Assembly: GCF_000196555.1 (NCBI RefSeq)
Contig: NC_015067.1
Coordinates: 1,080,001 to 1,112,000, forward strand
Direction: 5' to 3'
From: Bifidobacterium longum subsp. longum JCM 1217
GTDB taxonomy: Bacteria; Actinomycetota; Actinomycetes; Actinomycetales; Bifidobacteriaceae
DNA: 32,000 nt
Below, one piece after another: positions 31,178-32,000 of this stretch (its first letter is position 1; every line of letters begins with the position of its first letter). The notes below the pieces were generated by a model. The model made no database searches. It was given only the letters and a program-made list of their open reading frames with translations, and had not been told where the DNA came from. Made by a program: the position numbers and the translations under genes.

Positions 31178-31469
31178 TTGGCTTGTGGTCGCGGACGATG
31201 AGGATCATCCAGCCGAAGCACGGGAGCATCCGGTATTCGCCGTACCGGGTCAGGGCGGCCGCCAGGCGTTCCGCGCCGGGGCGGGTGGTCCATTCCTTTG
31301 AGTCCTCGTCGTAGTCCTCGGCGATCCAACCCTTCTTCAGCAGCCCGTAATGCGCCTTCTTCCACGCCCAGCTGACGATCGCGCCGAACAGATTGCCCGT
31401 CAGATACAGGAGCAGGATTCCCAGTATGATCGCGAACGGGGTGAGCACGCCCCACCAGTACCCGTCCAT
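31149..31469 (-). CDS. small membrane protein (106 aa)
   Basis: ATG 31469 overlaps the upstream stop by 1 nt. TM helix WWGVLTPFAIILGILLLYLTGNLFGAIV plus a second hydrophobic stretch. Lys-rich C-terminus. Confidence 0.55.
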   Translation of the reverse strand: MDGYWWGVLTPFAIILGILLLYLTGNLFGAIVSWAWKKAHYGLLKKGWIAEDYDEDSKEWTTRPGAERLAAALTRYGEYRMLPCFGWMILIVRDHKPNDKKKTDGR

Positions 31470-31762
31470 CAGAACCGCCCCAACCGGTGCAGGGCTTCGA
31501 CCGAATGGATGCGGGCCTGTTCGCCGCCCGCTCCCCCACTGGCGTTCACGGCCGTCTCGTTTTCGGCCGGCGTGGCGAACGCCGCGGGCTCGTCCCGGCA
31601 TACCAGGCGGGCGAACGCCCTCGCCTCCCCGTCCGACAGCACGACCCGGCCCTCCGACCCCTCGCGCATGCCGGCGACCGTCCACAGGCCGGACTTCGGA
31701 TCGCGCCACGCGCGCCCCCATTCGCCGAGGAAATGATATCCCTCCGGAACATGCAGACCCAT
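31469..31762 (-). CDS. hypothetical protein (97 aa)
   Basis: ATG 31762 preceded by AAGGAGGGG. A variant motif, GTATGCGTCAC, lies at 31808-31818 upstream. Confidence 0.55.
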   Translation of the reverse strand: MGLHVPEGYHFLGEWGRAWRDPKSGLWTVAGMREGSEGRVVLSDGEARAFARLVCRDEPAAFATPAENETAVNASGGAGGEQARIHSVEALHRLGRF

Positions 31763-31874
31763 ACGGACCCCTCCTTATTCGAAACGACGATTCCCGGTCG
31801 GCGAAGGGTATGCGTCACGTCGGATCCGACCGTCTCCGTGGCGCGGCCGTGCGGATCGGGACGATCCCACGCGG

Positions 31875-32000
31875 TCAGCGCGCGAGGCCCCGCATCCGGA
31901 CGGCGGCGATGCGACGGCGCCGCATGTCCCGGCGCGCCAGATCACGCCGTTCCTCCGGGGTCATGCCGCCCCAGATCCCGTACTGTTCGCCCGTCTCCAA
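31875..32000 (-). CDS. WhiB-family (Wbl) transcription factor, C-terminal 41 codons only (gene runs off the right edge)
   Basis: Hand-translated as ...LETGEQYGIWGGMTPEERRDLARRDMRRRRIAAVRMRGLAR*. GIWGG followed by a basic tail is the conserved Wbl C-terminus. Confidence 0.6.
   Translation of the reverse strand: METGEQYGIWGGMTPEERRDLARRDMRRRRIAAVRMRGLAR

Noticed and set aside
1-32000. tRNA, rRNA, tmRNA genes or att-like tRNA fragments
   Set aside because: No cloverleaf-like or rRNA-like segments were noticed while reading both strands. A tRNAscan/Infernal run would be needed for certainty.

Overview
This is high-GC, actinobacterial-type DNA, Bifidobacterium-like by eye. A WhiB-family C-terminus sits at the right edge. 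Almost all genes lie on the minus strand.

Positions 11.5-32 kb form a long, tightly packed string of mostly small genes. Many are joined by ATGA, GTGA or TTGA start/stop overlaps, which is typical of a prophage early region or an integrative element. Recognisable products in this string:
- a P-loop NTPase
- two paralogous TPM-domain proteins and a LemA protein
- a sortase
- a calcineurin-like phosphoesterase split by a TnpB-only IS200/IS605-type element
- a DRB0094/Rnl5-type RNA ligase
- a HAD 5'-nucleotidase-like protein
- a FemAB-family transferase

A 600-bp non-coding gap (17.9-18.5 kb) carries nested inverted repeats made of GTATGCAT iterons around an AT-rich core.

An IS30-family element (10111-11497) separates that string from a compact stack of defence/addiction modules at 1-10 kb:
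- an overlapping ABC-type ATPase + Toprim (RloB/OLD-like) pair, followed by a gene split at a G6 tract
- a DUF1778/GNAT toxin-antitoxin pair with a palindromic operator over a leaderless promoter
- an MmeI-family type IIL restriction-modification enzyme coupled to a DUF3841-like gene and a 115-aa unknown
- HipBA

A strand-locked motif, G[T/C]ATGCGTCCCC, recurs upstream of at least seven minus-strand gene starts.

No rRNA, tRNA or CRISPR array was seen. All family assignments come from motifs read by eye in the translations, and no database search was run.
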